In this document: piece by piece, positions 1 to 12,902 of the stretch
How the letters are laid out: each line of letters begins with the position of its first letter
Numbering within the stretch: position 1 is the stretch's first letter
DNA from: Podarcis liolepis
Taxonomy: Eukaryota
Direction: 5' to 3' (one strand)
DNA: 64,000 nt
Assembly: GCA_965112155.1 (NCBI GenBank)
Contig: OZ218100.1
Translations under genes and position numbers: made by a program
Notes under the pieces: model-generated
What the model saw: the letters and a program-made list of their open reading frames with translations, nothing else
Databases searched by the model: none
What the model was told of the DNA's origin: nothing

Positions 1-421
1 TATCTACTCTGAGGACTCACGCTACAATCAGAGCTGGTGGGGGGGGGAATCATTTTTGTTAAACAATAAGTTCCACTGATAAAATCAGAGCTGAGTTGTA
101 AAAATTATAAAGAACAGTTGAGCCCATAGCATAATAGAAAGTAAAATTATGCAAATCATAAAGTACCTAGCCATAGGCTAATCTTACATAATGAAATGTT
201 GAACAACATTTTGCTGGGATAGGAATAGAATCATACTCAAAAACATAATTTAAAACAGAACTGAAGATCCACGAATCTACCAGTAATATGTGTTCAGAAC
301 CTTTCAATGTAAAATGAACATATAAATGGTATAACCAAACAAAATAAAAGACCTGTGACACGCTGGTAACATATGAACTGTGCCCGTCAGTTTCCATTCT
401 TTTTAATTTCATACATACTGT

Positions 422-546
422 TTGTTGTTGTTTAGTTGTTTAGTCGTGTCCGACTCTTCGTTACCCCATGGGTCAGAGCACGCCAGGCACTCCTGTCTTC
501 CACTGCCTCCTGAAGTTTGGTCAAACTCATCCTGGTAGCTTCAACA
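422..546 (-). mobile_element. RTE-BovB LINE 3' end fragment
   Basis: Reverse complement reads ...CCATGGGGTAACGAAGAGTCGGACACGACTAAACAACTAAACAACAAC, the characteristic BovB 3' terminus with a (CAA)n-type tail. Confidence 0.8.
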
Positions 547-635
547 AGGCCTTACAAATAGCGGGGGAGAGAAGGCAAGCAAAATGGGAGGGAGATAGTG
601 AAAGATACAGGAAATTGAATGCAGATTTCAAATAA

Positions 636-679
<44 letters not shown>
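636..679. repeat. (ATAG)11 microsatellite
   Basis: Direct reading. Confidence 0.95.
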
Positions 680-777
680 CAAGGAGAGACAAGAAGGCCT
701 TCTTAAACAAGCATACATACTGTTAGGTATTCCCAAATTCTCTGCACAATAAGATGTTCAGTGGTTCACTGGTTACC

Positions 778-949
778 NNNNNNNNNNNNNNNNNNNNNNN
801 NNNNNNNNNNNNNNNNNNNNNNNNNNNNNNNNNNNNNNNNNNNNNNNNNNNNNNNNNNNNNNNNNNNNNNNNNNNNNNNNNNNNNNNNNNNNNNNNNNNN
901 NNNNNNNNNNNNNNNNNNNNNNNNNNNNNNNNNNNNNNNNNNNNNNNNN
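778..949. other. Assembly gap (172 N)
   Basis: Run of N. Confidence 1.
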
Positions 950-1334
950 CATTTAAAAAATAATCAAAATACAAATAGTCCATCTATCTCTGGAGAACAG
1001 CATCCAATAGCTCAACTCCCAAAGGCCATGATGAAGAAAGGAGTCTTTGAGGCTCTTTAAAATTAACAAGGGAAGGCGTGACTTTACTGGAGGCTTGCTG
1101 GTGCTTTGTAATATTTGTGTTTGTTTAGAAGCATGAAGGTTGAGCACAGGTGGAATTACAGTATTAAACACTCCAATGGCTGTCATAGGTTCAGTACTCC
1201 CACATCAGTTTCTCAATGAAGGTGCAGGAGGTAATGCATGCCCCCTTCCCCAAAATGGCTCTCCTCTCCCAGAATACTTACCAGTCATCATTTACGGTAA
1301 ATGAAGATCTACCAGTTATTCCCTATGGCTGGTG

Positions 1335-1448
1335 TAGTAGTAACCTTTGGCCCCCAGGTGTTGGAGAATGATAACTTCCATGCTTACTAGGGTTGATGGA
1401 AATTATAGTTCATCGACATCTGGAGGGCCAGAAAATCTCCACTCCTGC
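1335..1448. mobile_element. Degenerate palindromic hAT-type MITE
   Basis: TGGCCCCCAGGTGTTG...ACATCTGGAGGGCCAG inverted ends; resembles copies at 16646, 20702 and 30659. Confidence 0.5.
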
Positions 1449-4400
1449 CCTATGGCAACCGATCACCTTAGTTTACCTTAGACTATGTCCAGCTAGACCT
1501 GTTCAGCCAGGGGTTGTTTTTTACCACCTTATAGTTTTTATTTTTACAATCACAAGCACACAGGGTTGGAAGAGACCCCGAGAGATCACCAAACCAACAC
1601 CAAACCAGTAGCAATGTATTTGCTAAGAAGCAAAAATTGTATTTTTTCTGATGCTTTTTTTGTCATCTGGGCCCATAAACGTGTTTCCGTTATTTAAGAA
1701 GTGGGAGTAATATTTTCAATTGGAGAGAGAAACCATTAGTAAGATTATTTTGTTTCTATTTTAAAAATCACCCTGCTCAACTCTGATGTCCACTGTTGTT
1801 TAGCCCCAAATTCTGCTCACACAGTTTTTCTCTTGAATTTAGCTGCTGGGGCTACACATACATCACTCTCTTCAAAAAGAAGAAATCAGTTGTTATGAAG
1901 ATGAGGAAATGTGGAGGGGTATTAACCTTAGCCCCCTTTTAACCCTGAATAGATTCAGAGACACCATTATTGCTTATTGAAAAGGGCTACACCCACATAG
2001 CCCTTGCAGGTGGGTCAAGGAGAGAAATGGCCATTGTATATAACACCCATGTGAATGTTCTGTTACTTTTCCAGTCCAGGGTACATCCACAATACATCTC
2101 TAACTCCTAGCTTGATCAGGAGAAAATATTTTACTGTAAGACTCTTGCATTTATATGCAGTTGTTCACCACTCTTTTCTGAATTCTAAGAGAGTTATGTT
2201 TTGTGCCACAAGTGGTTAATGACCCAGCCCTTTGGATTCTTTCTAAAACTCTTTGATTCTACCACCACCACCCCAGCTTGGAGAAAAGAGAGTTATTATA
2301 GAGCGAATTATTGCTTTTGAATAGGATCTTGTATATTGAAGTTAAAAGGAAAAGCACTGAGAACCTCTGTGCTTAACCTCTCTCCCCCTGCTATGAATTG
2401 CTTTCTGTATTTCTGGAGAGAAATTGCACATAATGTAAATGTGGCATTATAACACATGTATTTGACTGCCAGAAATAAAGTTCACCGATGAAGAAACTCC
2501 ACTAAGCTTGTCTCCTGTTTCAGTGGTTTGCCCAGGGCACAAGTCAATTTCAAAGGCCAGACAAGAAGAAAGACCAAGGAGCTCATTGGTGGCCATTCTT
2601 CTGAGGACTCAGTAAAGCTTGTAGGAGCTCAGCAAGAAAATGGGAGCGGAGTTGTGCAAATTACACAATTGAGCTTTTAGTATAGTCAGTCAAAATGCCA
2701 GGATTCCAGTGAATTATTCACACTTTCTGGCTGTTCTTCCCATTTCAGGAGACCTGTAGGAAGTATCACTGGTAACTCTCAGGAGCTGCCACAATCTATT
2801 TGTAATCCATCTAAAAAGATCTGAGAAAAATTCATTATTATTTTCATGGACAATTGGTAAGCAAACCTTTACCAAATCATGTTGTTAAATTTTCAACATG
2901 AGTCTTTCCCAGAAAATACATCTGTTCTCTATGATTATTTTTTTTAAAGATATGGTGTAAAAATGAGTATATAATAAATAATAAGATTCCATTGATAATG
3001 TTAAAACATAGGCCAATATTTACATAATGACAGGCAAAATTGCTTCCAAAGTTCTAGTCATCTTAAGCATCAGTCATCCTGATGATTGTTCATCTGTTGT
3101 GTACTGGCTGTTTAGATATTTTGCAATAACACACTGCTTGTACACTTGTGTGGTGTGTTTTATATCAAATGAAGGTTGATGTAATGGTATTTATGTATAT
3201 GGTATAAGCATTGAGATTTTAGTTACAATGCATATTTATCTCTCATCATCTCTTTTCAGGAGGCTCCCATATTACCAATATTTTCAGTGATGATTTTGCT
3301 ATGTCACTGAAAGATATTTAGGCTAAAATATTCTGGATGCTTACATGCAAATATGCCTTACTGAATGTACAGGAATCTGTACAGCATTGTGGCATACTGG
3401 GAACAATATAGATCTTGTGTAAATTATGGACTGTATTAGCTCTGTAATAGATTCATAATTATCTGATACTGGGGTTTGTTACATGCTGACTGAGAATAAT
3501 TTAAAATTAATTTCTGTTGTAAGATTATGTGAAACTTAGTATGACTGTTGGTGGTAGGCAAATGTTACTGCCCAAATTTACTAGAAAGAGTCTTCTAATA
3601 ATGAAAAGGGTGATGGCAACAATAGCTGTTAAAAGGTCTAAGTACTAGAAAATGAGAGCAAACCAAAGGAAAAATGTATGAGTGAAGAACATTTTCAAAC
3701 TGTATGTTACATTGAATGTGTGACTACATTTAATGTATCTGTTTGAGTTGCATATCTCAAATGAATATTCATGCGTATCCCAGCTTTGACCTCTACTAAA
3801 GTGACAGTACACCTTATGCTTTTTAGGAACAAAGCCACTAAACATGCCATTTCTATGAAATTTACAAAACCAGGTCTGTTTTTCATGTCTTAGTAACACC
3901 CTAGCTTACTCTGACATTCATGTTTAATCTTCCTTTTTATAGAACTGCTTGTGTACCAGAAATGACTATGTCATAATGAAAGACAAACCCCATACAGGCA
4001 ATTTTAGCAAACAAGACTGTGACTATTTTTCAGTGCAATTGGTTGTCACAATTCCTTTCTGTCCCTCTTCCCTTTTTCTGTTTCCTTTCTCTTTTAACCA
4101 GTAATCCTTCAAGAACTGGAATTACCTCTTATCTCTGTTTCTCCAGCATACAAAAACAATTAAACCCCATAACTAAGCATAGTTTTATTCTGTTCCACAA
4201 TGTAAATGTTTATTAAAGCAGGAATGTCTACAGTTCTGGGCCAAGACATTTTGCTTCCTGAGGTGAAAATAGTACTGAAAGCATCTCACTCGGCCCAATG
4301 GTAGGTCTGGGCCTGACAGACGTATGGGATCATTGTTAGGGCACGCTGTTGAGGACCTCAAAACCCCAGATTGACTTCCTGTCTAAAATTCTTAATTCCT

Positions 4401-6544
4401 GTCTATAAAACGCAACGATAGCAGGGTTGCGACATTAATTAATGAATCAAAAAGTTCTACCTCAATATAAAAAATGGAGCTGTGTAGATCTCTTGATCAT
4501 CAAGCTCACACTGATCTTTAAAAGGATGTGTGTATATTCCAGGCTCAGCAGAAAATTGAGGTTCTATTAGTCCAGCATTTTCTTCTGGAAGCTCACTAGC
4601 AGGGCATGCTGTGAAAGTGATGCTTATCTTCTGTTTTATTTATGTCTTTCTTCTAATAATCCGAGGAATTTTGCCCATTTACACAGAGGTTCCATTATGC
4701 CATCATAGCTAATGACCATTAACAGACATAACTTCCATGAACTTTCCTAATCGTTTTATCAAAGGTGTTGCAGACAACACCACAAACATCATCTTGTGTA
4801 GTAACATGATGTTTAACCTGACCCTCCTATTGAAGAGTATTGACAATTGCACTACAAGGAGTAGGGCTGGGATCCAACCATGATGTTTCACAATTTAGAG
4901 AAGACTTAGCACACCACACCAATCAAATGCTGCTATGCTATACCAAATTATACTTTTTCTTATTAGTTGACTAATACAGACAGAAGCAGGTGCAGGCATA
5001 ATGTTTATATTTACTGACTACATGAAATATATTAGCATTTGCTCACTTTCTGCCAATAAATTACTGTATGACAGCAGGCTCAAGGGCGTACAACGCCTTA
5101 TCATGTAATAATCACACACCTAGGTGGTTAATAGCATTTGCCATTGGCCTGCTGCCTAGCAAGAAACCATGATATGTGATTTGTATGAGTAGGGACACAT
5201 GCCATGGCATGTTATATGGCTTAATAAAAAAAATAAGGTTCTGTTTTCAGCTTTAATTTTGCTGTCACCAATGTTTGCATTCCTGTTTTTTTATTGGTTA
5301 GAGTCCTACGAGAGATGGAAAGGAAGAATGAGAGGGGGGGGGAGGAAAGATAAAATATTTATGACTTAATATGTTTTAGACCTGGAATAAATACATAAAA
5401 TTGTCTAAATAATCTCCTAGGGACAGGGGAATCTTGAGCCAATGTTTTTAACTTGGTTCCCATTCTTTTGTATATTTCCTTTTTCGTTTGGAAATGAAAT
5501 TGGTGCTGTTCATCATCTTCTTTTTTTAGTAATCACCTTGACAATCACAGACAGAACACTCCTTTCTGATCATTCACATTCAGCTCAAGGTGCGAGGAGG
5601 TACATCTGAATGCAAGGGAAGCATACTGAATCCTAGTTCTCAGTGAGGTAGCAGCTTTGTGTTTGGGCTTCTGATTGCAGCACTTCAGGCTTGCCAATAA
5701 GGGTTCCCAGGGTGGGATGGCTCCCTGACTGTAAAAGGATTCCTGCACACAGAAAAACTAACATGCCAAGGAGAAGGCTAGACTATAATATTTCTAATAA
5801 TAATTAGTGTGTGTTTATGGAGGCCCAGTACCCACCTGCAACCCAAAATGGTATAGCCGAGGCAGTTTTATTATTTCAATGTCAATTACATATTTGCATT
5901 TTTTTAAAGTATCCTTGAGAGGCATGGGAAGGCTCAAACCCATCAGCTGACTGGCAATTCTGTCCTTCTACAGCTTACTGGGGCCTGTTCTCCATCAGTC
6001 CTGTTCCTTGCAAGTCTCCATTTCCAGCAAAATGAAAATATATGTATCAGAACTAATTGTTCTGACCTGTCCATACCAGATTCCCACAGCAGCAAGGCAG
6101 GACAGTGGCTGAAGCACCATGGATAGATTCAAGTGAGCAATTTGCTGTGACAGAGGCAGAATGTGAACTAAGGCCTAGCTTCCTCCGGTCCACCTTCCCC
6201 AAGGTCCACCCCATTTGGGCTAAAGAAGATGGCTGTTAAAGGGCCAAATATTCCTAGTGTGCAAAGGAGCACTTGTTCACTTGTCCCATCTGGCATGGTC
6301 CCAGCACCATTTGTCAGGTTGTTAGCAATGGAAGCCCTTGATTCCTTTGAGGAGCCTGGCTCAGGGGGGCAGTAATCCCTTGTACAACTCGAGCAGTCTC
6401 ACAGCAGCCAGAAAGTCAATATCTGTGATCCACAACATTGAAGAGTCTTCCCTAGAAAGGGTAGTTTGGCTATAGTCAATAACTGGCTGAATAATCAACA
6501 ACAACATTAGATGGTGGGCAGGGACCAGGTGATTACAGGGCTTG

Positions 6545-6850
6545 CGATAGTTTCTGCAGTGGCTCCCAATTTGTGGAATGCTCTCCCCAGGGAGGCTTGC
6601 CTATCACCTTCATTGTACATCTTTAGGTGCCACATGAAAATGTTTCTCTTCAGCCAGGCCTTTGGTTGATTAACATTCTGTGTCTTTTAAAAAAAGGGGG
6701 GGGCATGCTATTGGTTTGTTTTGCTTTTGTTCTTATTTCTATTATGTATTATGTGTTTTTATTTTATATTTTTATGCTGTGAACCACCCTGAGATTTTTG
6801 ACTGAAGGTGGTGTACAAATCAATCAATCAATTAATTAATTAATTAATTA
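6545..6850 (+). mobile_element. L2 LINE 3' end fragment
   Basis: GTGGCTCCCAATTTGTGGAATGCTCTCCCCAGGGAGG...GCTGTGAACCACCCTGAGA...GTACAAAT plus simple-repeat tail; aligns by eye with the L2 copy at 59346-60030. Confidence 0.7.
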
Positions 6851-8428
6851 TAACTATATTCCTCATAACACAGAATTCTAACTGCATCTTTGGGAACAGA
6901 GCTACTGAATTGCTGTCACACAAGGGTAATTTAGGACAGGGGATTTGTGCCATCTTGAAAGGCCATCTTCAGAATGTTTTGATCCATATTTTGGTATGCT
7001 ACTTTTATTAAAGTTGAAGTCAGCAGAAATATCTTTTGATATAAAATGTTTTGTGGGGTATTTTTACATAACAATTATCCTTTTTCAAAGTACCTTTGAT
7101 TACCCCACTAGAAATAACCTAGCTTCTGAAGAATATTGGCTTATTTTCCTTATTGAAATAAAGCACCCATCTTCCTTTATTCTGACAGAGGGATAGAATC
7201 AGCTTTCAAAAAAATACAGATGCCCTGTGCATTTGTATACCTATTTGTAGGGTACCGGTATATTTTGAAATATAATAGGTGTGATTAAAAAGAAAAATGA
7301 ATCCAGAGATTTAAACTGCTGCAAGATCAAAGGAACAGAGGCAGCAACTACTAGGTGGCTTGTGTCTGATGGCATTTTTTCTGTCTGTGTGTGGGGTTTT
7401 TTAAAAACATCATTAGCATATCTTATTGAAAGAGATAATTGAACCATTGAATTGGGAGGTCCAGATCTTGAATATAAAATGCAAAATATTTGCAAATTGC
7501 ATGATTAGTAACCTTTCCTTTGTAGTTTTCTTTTGGGAAGCTGTGTAGCTAGCTATAAGAAAGGAGGCAGCTAACTGTAGCCTACAGCAAAGGGAAGATT
7601 ATCAAGATAATGCTAGACTTTTTTTGAGTCGAATATGAAACATTGCTGGTTTTTAAAATCATCTGTTGTTATTTATAAGCATAATCTCAATAGATGTAGC
7701 ACAGGAATGTGCGTAATATCATCTCTCTTCCAACAGCACTTCAGCGTAATTCAGGGTTCAGGTGACCTACACACATCCATCATTTATAAGTCTCGAGGAA
7801 GACCACACCAGTTTGCTGATGATGGCTGCATGACTTAGTTATTCTCATGAGACCTAGATGTAGTCTGTTGCCCTTTTGCACTGTCATTCCATGTTGTTCT
7901 TTGATGGACGCATGAGTAAATGAAAGGCTTGGTATCGATTTCCATACAGATGTTAATAATTTCTGTGTACATCATCCATGGAATAGTGGTTACTCTTGCA
8001 CAGAATTTGATATTGCAGTATTCCTTGATGAAGAGATGATGCACGAAGCTTGCACAACAGCCTTTTATCTCTTGGTCTGTGTGGATTCAAAGCTGAATCA
8101 GAGAAATGAATGCATTTTTCCTTGCTGTCATCTTAATGGACTTTTGTTTACATCACATGCCATCAAATACTGTAGAGGGATTGACTAGCTCTGCCCACAG
8201 GAAGCTGAGAACCGGCAGATTCTGTACAAAACAGAAGGTTGCACTTGAACTTTCTGGGGAAACTTTCAGACTTTCTGGTGGATGCTTTGTTTAGACATGA
8301 TGAAATGGAGCTATTTGCTGCTGAATGGATCTATTTAGGATAGCAATATGTCTTGCAGCCAGTGTCTTTAGACTCTCTCTCTTAAGAAAAATAATCAGGA
8401 AGCAATTTGCTTAACTTGTACTTTATCT

Positions 8429-8432
<4 letters not shown>

Positions 8433-8470
<38 letters not shown>
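8433..8470. repeat. (AC)19 microsatellite
   Basis: Direct reading. Confidence 0.95.
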
Positions 8471-8475
<5 letters not shown>

Positions 8476-9032
8476 ATAGAGCTACTATATCTGCACATAG
8501 TAACTCTATTGTGTGTGTGTTAGTATCCCACTCCCTCACAGCAAGCAGTTCCAGCAAATTACCCCTTATGGCAGCAGGGGGAAGTACCAGTAGAGGCTGG
8601 TGCTCATTGGTTCTGGTAGGGCAGGGAAGCCAATGTTAGGTGGTGCCAGAACCAATCACACCAGGTGGGTTCAGGCCCCAGGAGACCTCAGAGGGCAGCC
8701 TTTGCTATTTCCTCCCTAGGGGTGTGAGGATACCAGCAGAGCCTACTATTCACCAAGAGGCAGCTGTAGAGGCAGCATTGCGTGGACATTGCAGAGGAGG
8801 AGGCAGATCTGACTTCCAAGGAGTGTGCCACAGCCACTGCTGCCACTGCTGCAGCAACCTCAGGCCGTGCATTCATTGGAGGCCGGATTTGCTGCCCCTG
8901 TGGATCCTGACACCCAGTTGCCTTACTTTGTCTCATGGCTGGCCTTGGAGCCAACTAATTTTAGTTTTGTCCACATCCTCCTCCCTGCTGAGTTCTGCAG
9001 GGAACTAAGGATGGTGGGGTATAAATAATAAA

Positions 9033-9044
9033 ATTATTATTATT

Positions 9045-9090
<46 letters not shown>
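9033..9090. repeat. Compound (ATT)n(AAT)n microsatellite
   Basis: Direct reading. Confidence 0.9.
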
Positions 9091-9094
<4 letters not shown>

Positions 9095-9963
9095 CAGCAT
9101 TATTGAGGAGGGAGCATAATTCCCATCCATTCCCATAGGGCTCTCAAAGGACAAGTGCCTGGTGAATTGTACCCTTGTTAACTGCATTAATAGAATGAAT
9201 GGTTCCCACTATCATCACATAACACAGTGACTGTTTTACTCCTGAATTGTCTTGTGCACTGCTGACAAGAGGCAGGGTTTGGTTTGGGGTTGTTTTTTTT
9301 TTTAAAAAAAATTCATTTAAATAAGTTTTTGTTGTTGAATTTTTGATGGCACGCCATCGCCTGCAGTAATAATTGGGGTTGCATTAATGGATAATGTTAG
9401 CAGAGTTTCTTCAGTGCCAAAGCAATTGTCATGCAATACCATTTGCAGGTCTCATTACAATCATTGGAAGTGATGGAGAGGCGGAGGTTGCAAGGTCTTC
9501 TAAAAATGAGTCCGTTCAGTGACTCAGTGTGTGACAGGGAGAAAATGGGACAAACTAATTCCACCTTCAGACATCAAAAAGAATGAGCGGAGGTGAAACT
9601 CGTGATGTGTTTTAAGGCCTGATCCTTCTGTGCCTTTAAATCCAGCTGGGTTTTCTTTTAAAACTAGTTAGCCCAGAATAGGTTCCTGGTGATGAGGTGG
9701 CTTCCAGTGCTAAAATACTGCTGAAAATGTGCTAGGAAAACAAGACAGGCAGAAAACCCTTGAAAGATAAGAGCCTCTCCATTTCAGTGCAGGGATTTTC
9801 CAGCTTGTTCAGAGGCAGATGTAGTGCACTAGAATCCCGAAGAACAATGCTAATTAGTATTCCATTAAAAAGGAAGAAATCTTGCTGAGACCTGGAGTCA
9901 CATCCCGACAGTCGAAGTGAAACATGGCTCACTAATGTAGCCTTAATTCTTTTTATTTTGCAG

Positions 9964-10126
9964 AGACAGCAAGCTGACCATGTTGCTCCGGGAGTCCCTT
10001 GGGAACATGAACTGCCGTACTACCATGATAGCTCACATTTCGGCAGCTGCAGGGAACTATGCTGAAACACTTTCCACCATCCAGATTGCATCCAGGGTTT
10101 TAAGAATGAAGAAAAAGAAAACAAAG
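9964..10126 (+). CDS. KIF26B: KIF26B coding exon (end of kinesin motor domain), 163 nt
   Basis: Acceptor ttttattttgcag at 9963, donor AAG|gtaagg at 10127; encodes [54 protein letters not shown], the kinesin-11 version of the RDSKLTxLLxxSLG...ETLSTL motifs; ends in phase 0, matching the next exon. Confidence 0.95.
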
Positions 10127-12179
10127 GTAAGGACAAGGGGGAAACTCTTTTGTTGCTGTGCTCTGGAAAGAGTATGACAAGCTAGGGATCCGGAAGAAAT
10201 GGGAGAGGCCTTGAAAGTGCAGCTTCTAACAAAAATCAATATTCTTAATTTCTGATGGTATGGCAGTACATCCGAGTGCATGAGGGAAATCATATGTTCA
10301 TTGTTAGATGAATGATTGGTTATAATAGGCACAGAAATGGCAGAGTTCAAACTCTGATGTTGCTTTCTTGAAGTCTATGTAGCATGGAATCCTGGTTAAA
10401 AGTCAAGCTGGAATAATTTATTAACATCATTCACATTAGCAGCCTAAGGATTGTTAAATGTGAGCTGAGATCAATTAACAGATTCTACAAAATATCACTG
10501 CACAACAGTCTCTTCCCAGAAGAGATCTCTGCAACACAGCATGCTGTAGTGTGTGACACCAATGTTAATTTTGATAGCATTTCCCTCATTAACCTTACAA
10601 TGAGCACAAACTTTTTTTTAAAAAAAAAGACTAGCTGATGTGGTCTGGGTGGTACTAATTCAGCCAGTGCATTTGAAGCATGATATTTTATCTTGAGAGT
10701 GAAAATTGAGAAGCTTGGTGTTCTGATCTGAATTCTATATAGTTCTTTTAGAGAAGATTGCATATACCAATGCTCAGTTCTGATAAAAATCAGAAGCTAA
10801 CATGTATTTACAGCAAGAAAAGGTTGATCCAGCACACGTTATTTTATATCTCTTCTTCTCTAGCCACTATCTAAATAAAATGGAACATTAATTAAAATTT
10901 GCAACAACTAAGTAAAACTGTGAAAGTTAGTTGCCTAGGACTTTAGTATGGAGAGTATGTTCCTTCACAGTCACTGAGACTTTTTACTTCTTTTTGAAGT
11001 TAGACATGTGGGATCAGGACTTGGTAGAAGTGCCTCTCTAAGGAGACTTGCCTTGTTCCTACTCTGGACAATTTCTGCCAGCAGATAATGGCTTTTTAAT
11101 TTTGGAAACTTCCTTCTCTTAAGCAAGCAATCAGCTTTTATTGCAGCTTAAGGCTGCAATCCAATACTTACCTCAATAGGACTTCCTTCTGTGCCAACAT
11201 GTATTATGCTGCTAGCTGTTTGTATTTTATTGCTGGGAGTGGTTTAATTGTTATTTCATTTGATATTGGCTTCAGTAGTTTGTGGAAATCACTTTGAAAG
11301 GAGGCTCATAAAATGTATAAAGAAATAAAATGAAAGTCCCACTGTGTTAAAGTGTATCAGAAAACACATATTAACTATTAAAAAAAATGATAACTTGGAC
11401 AGAGAAGTAGTGGAATCCTTTCTTAGAGATCTTTCAGAAAGTTACTGAGCGCATCTATTTGGCATTATTAAAATCTAGGAAATGTTAGTATTACTTGAGC
11501 TTTTGTTGCTGGAAACTGGACTAGAGGATCAATGTGTTCCCTTGCATCCTGAAATGCAGAGGTGAACCTTCTTTTATATAGTTAATGGAAGAAAGGCGTG
11601 GGAGGCATGGTTTGTTTTTTTTTCATTCCTTCTTTTCTGCTTTCATCCCCACCGCTGTAATCACAGAAGTAAGCCCCCTTGATTCTAGCGAAATACACTT
11701 CCAAGTGTGCTTATCCCAGCCACCTAATTAAGTGATGGGTGTTGCTTACTAAATGCTCATCCACTTTCAACTATATGTTTCAGCTCAAAATCATTAGCCT
11801 TTGGTTTTAGCTGTAGACTTCAGTCATCCATCTAAAGTAACTCCACTGTGATCAGTGAATGAATTTCAGAGTAAATAATTGCAAGAATGCCATGGCAGGC
11901 TTTTTAATGAATTTGTTTTAACAACTGTCAGAAGGAACCCTGGGATCAAAGTGGCATGCAGCCCAATCTTACACATATTTAGTTGGTAGAGCAATTTACT
12001 GAGTTCAGCAGAAGACTTGCAGCACCAGGCATTTTTCCTCAATATGATTGCACAACAACATACCCCAGTAAGTGATATTGCTGTCTGACTGTAAAGGGTA
12101 TTTATAAACAGGCATGAAGACCATACTATTGACAGCGCATGAGTTGGAGCTCTCCATGATAAGGAGTTGGTCCATGTTA

Positions 12180-12300
12180 TCTTGGGCAGATCACTACTGT
12201 CCAACCTCAGTTTTTCATATGAAAAATGGGAATAATATTGACAAAACTCATAACAAAGGGATGAAGGAGAACCTTATAAAAGTAACATGTTTGAAATGAA
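12180..12300 (+). mobile_element. Ancient MIR/CORE-SINE fragment
   Basis: CTTGGGCAGATCACT...CCTCAGTTTTTCATATGAAAAATGGGAATAATA resembles the MIR core. Confidence 0.55.
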
Positions 12301-12902
12301 TTGGTTTTCATTTCACTTTAGAACTTGATTTTACTCTCTGTGATTCTGCTAAAGCCCAGTGTGCATGAACAGAGGAGCCGTGAGTGAGGATGGAAGTCAG
12401 CTTGCACCTGTGGTCCAGAGTCACTGCAGCTTCCCAGTAAGGAGAAGGGCAAGGCCCTGGGGAGGTCAGTGCTGTGCAGATGCACCTGCGGAGCCAATCT
12501 GCCCCTCCTGTTGGTGCATTTGCACTGTGCCCAGCTTCCCACTGCCTCACCCTTCTCCCTCCCAGTAAGCAAGTCCCCTCTCCACCAACTGCTCCTGTAT
12601 GAACAAATAGAGCAGTATGACAGCTGCTTAAACCCAAGCACATGGAGCTGTTTGAAATGCTAAACCATTTCTGTACAGCAAGCTGCCACGTGGACTTGGC
12701 GGCTTTATCCCTGATGCCAGAAGCCACCAGCTTCACATAGCACTCTACTGCATGTTGAATGAAGCAGCCCCCATGCCCAGTGGCCTTTGCAGTAGCCTCT
12801 GCATGCATGAAGGCTTATATGAGAGCATGGGGTGTGGATTTCAGCTCCATGGAAGGGGATTCTTTGAAATGCTAACATTTCCCCTGTCTTCCTACCCAAC
12901 AG

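Noticed and set aside
723-1060. ORFs containing long X runs
   Set aside because: Artefacts of the N gap
1-9963. Further upstream KIF26B motor-domain exons
   Set aside because: No sequence encoding the expected IDLGS or ALGNVI motifs was found; the region appears to be intron
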